The notes under the pieces were generated by a model. The model ran no database searches. It was not told the origin of the DNA and worked only from the letters and a program-made list of their open reading frames with translations. Shown here piece after piece: positions 61,653 through 64,000 of a stretch of 64,000 nt of DNA; position 1 is the first letter of the stretch; every line of letters starts with the position of its first letter. A program made the position numbers and the translations under genes. Source of the stretch: Schmidtea polychroa (Eukaryota); NCBI GenBank assembly GCA_044892525.1, contig CM097885.1, forward strand, positions 29,638,001 through 29,702,000, in the 5' to 3' direction.

Positions 61653-64000
61653 TTGTACACAAGATTGTTATCACAAGATTGCTTGTTTTTATTAATAAAT
61701 TTTTGACTCTGACACCTCATGCTGGTGTTCCTCATCTGGGAAAAGTTTGCTGACTTATCTAAGATTTTTTAATTTTTAATTGAGCTTAATTCTGAATTTA
61801 TTTCTTTTTGTAATTTTTCTATTGGTTTAAAAATATTTTAAATTGATTTTAAATTTTTTAAATGATTTTTATTATTACTTTTAAAATTTCTTGGATTAAT
61901 TTTATTATTTTTTGTATTTTTAATATTTAAATTTAAATCATGGGTATTTCCTTGAAAGTTTTTAAATTTTCTTGGATATTTATTTGAAAATTTAATTTCA
62001 TGTTTAAATTTTTATTGTTTTCTTGAAATATTTTATTATTCTTTGAAATTAATTTTTCTTGTATTTTCTTGTATATATAATAAAATTCATGTTTTTATCC
62101 AAATTTAACATTATTTCCAAGCTTTTTTCTTGATAAATAAATTTGTCTTGGATATTTTCTTGAAGATTTGACATATTGTGTATCACTTTTATTATTTCCA
62201 TCTGTAATTTTCAAATTGAAGTTTTGTTTTTAGTATTTTTTATCTGGGAAAGGTTTAAAAAAATATCGAAAATATTAAAACAATACCATTTAATATTTAT
62301 AATTTTATTGAAAATTTAGATCAAGATGATATTAAAAAAACTAGAATGTAAAAATTATATTTATAGAAAATTTATCTAAAAATTTATATAAGAATTTTGA
62401 TAAAAAATAAATGATTAAACTACAAATGCTTAAAAATTATATATAACATTAAAAATATATCTAAACATTTAAACTTTAAAGAAATATATATTAAAATATA
62501 ATTTTAAAGATAAAAAATCTTTAAATTTAAAAGAAATATGTTACCAAAGAATATTGAACTATCAACAGAAAATAATAAAAACTCTGAATGATAATTGAAT
62601 AATAATTTTTAAAATGTTACTTATTCAATTACAAACAAAAAACGAATCCAGATAATATTCAGGAAAGCAATAACAATGCCAAAAAACCAAGATCCAATAA
62701 TGAAAAACGCAGCAACTCTGCCCAAAAAAATGAAATCAAAAATTCAGAGACTCCCATAAAACCATTAAACTTTGACAATAATGTCAAATCTAATGATATA
62801 AATATATTTCTATTCCATGAAAATACCAGATTATCAAAAACATATATAGAAATAGAATATTATAAGAAGAAATTTGTAAAAATCTGTCAAAAATGATAAA
62901 AAATAGTGAATGTTATAAAAACGATAAATTTGTCGTTTAAATTATCGTTTTTATTGCAGTTTTAATTTTTAATGTTTTGAGTATGATTTAATTATTTCAA
63001 GATTCATTAATAATAAAAATCAAGATTAAATTAATTTTTGAAATATTAAATTTATCACAGAAAATATCTCAAAGTTAGAGGATATGGGTCTTTTATTAGA
63101 AATAAAATATAAAAATATCTATTGAATAAAATAAGCATTTTTAGAAATAAAAATGTAAACAATTTTAAAAATTCAATATTTATTTGAAATTTGGAAGTTC
63201 AAATATTAAATTAAAAAAAATCTTTTTTGGCAGAATAGGTTTATTTAATTATAGTTGAATTATTTGTATTTTTTTAAAGTTAAAAATGTAAGTGTGTAAA
63301 ATATTATTGATATAAATAAAAAAAATATCATAAGAAAATTTAAATGATAAAAATTAATTTATTATTAAAAATAATTGAAAATATACAAAAAACAAATCAA
63401 ATTTAAAAATATCAATAAAAATATTTAGAAATAAAAGTTAAAACAATTTTTAAAATTTAATATTTTTTTTTAAAAATGGAAGGTCAAATATTGAATTTAA
63501 AAATATTTTAATCCAAATTTAAAAGAAACATTTAATTATAATAATAATATTGAAATTTTAGATCAAGTTGATATTAAAAAATTAGAATGTTACAATTATA
63601 TTTATGAAAAATATATCTAAAATATCAAACTTTAAAGAAAATTATAACAGAATATGATTTTAAAGATAAAAAATATATTAAAAGTTCAAAAATATTTTTA
63701 CAAAAAATATTGAAGTACCAACAGATTTATAATAACTCTAACAGTTATATAAATAGTTTTTTTAAATTTAACTAATTCAATGAAAAAGAATTTTAAAACA
63801 ATGAAAAATTCGAAATTCAGAACAATTCAGAACCTCGTCCAAATGAAATTGGAAAAAGCCCTAAATAACTTTCCACCAGCATCCAAGATGAAAAACAACG
63901 ATAACTAAATGCCAATTAATAGTAAAATAAATAATTTACAGTTTAATCAATAACTTATATATAATTAAAAATTAAAAAAAAAATTAAAAGAAGGTTGCAA

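Larger units (their letters stand above)
54824..63025 (+). repeat. Tandem duplication with a ~4113-bp period
   Basis: ORFs recur at +4113 (55754/59867, 56304/60417); units 54824-58911 and 58937-63025 with a short linker. Confidence 0.95.

Overview
AT-rich eukaryotic DNA made almost entirely of mobile elements; a planarian-like host is an inference only. (1) Bases 1-11622 are the right part of a Polinton/Maverick (adintovirus-like) element: retroviral-type integrase, packaging ATPase, GxG-repeat core protein, adenain-like protease, minor capsid protein, fibre-like, membrane and HTH ORFs, and a 1600-aa protein-primed PolB. Its probable right terminus lies at a 500-N gap. (2) Bases 12123-64000 are a scrambled, repeatedly duplicated array of NeSL/R5-clade-like non-LTR retrotransposon pieces (Zn fingers, Ulp1-like protease, RT, CCHC, restriction-like endonuclease), mixed with an AT-rich ~1-kb repeat. 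Their 5' and 3' junctions point to one insertion site in the 28S rRNA peptidyl-transferase region (GTGGTAA|CTTTTCTGACACCTC on the antisense strand), with elements antisense to the rRNA. (3) One retrotransposon is interrupted by a 14,520-bp palindromic element with no recognisable gene (23592-38111). It has ~6.9-kb inverted arms, AGTAGT...ACTACT Polinton-type termini and a 6-bp CATTAA target-site duplication, and the empty site is visible in a duplicate at 44291-44296.
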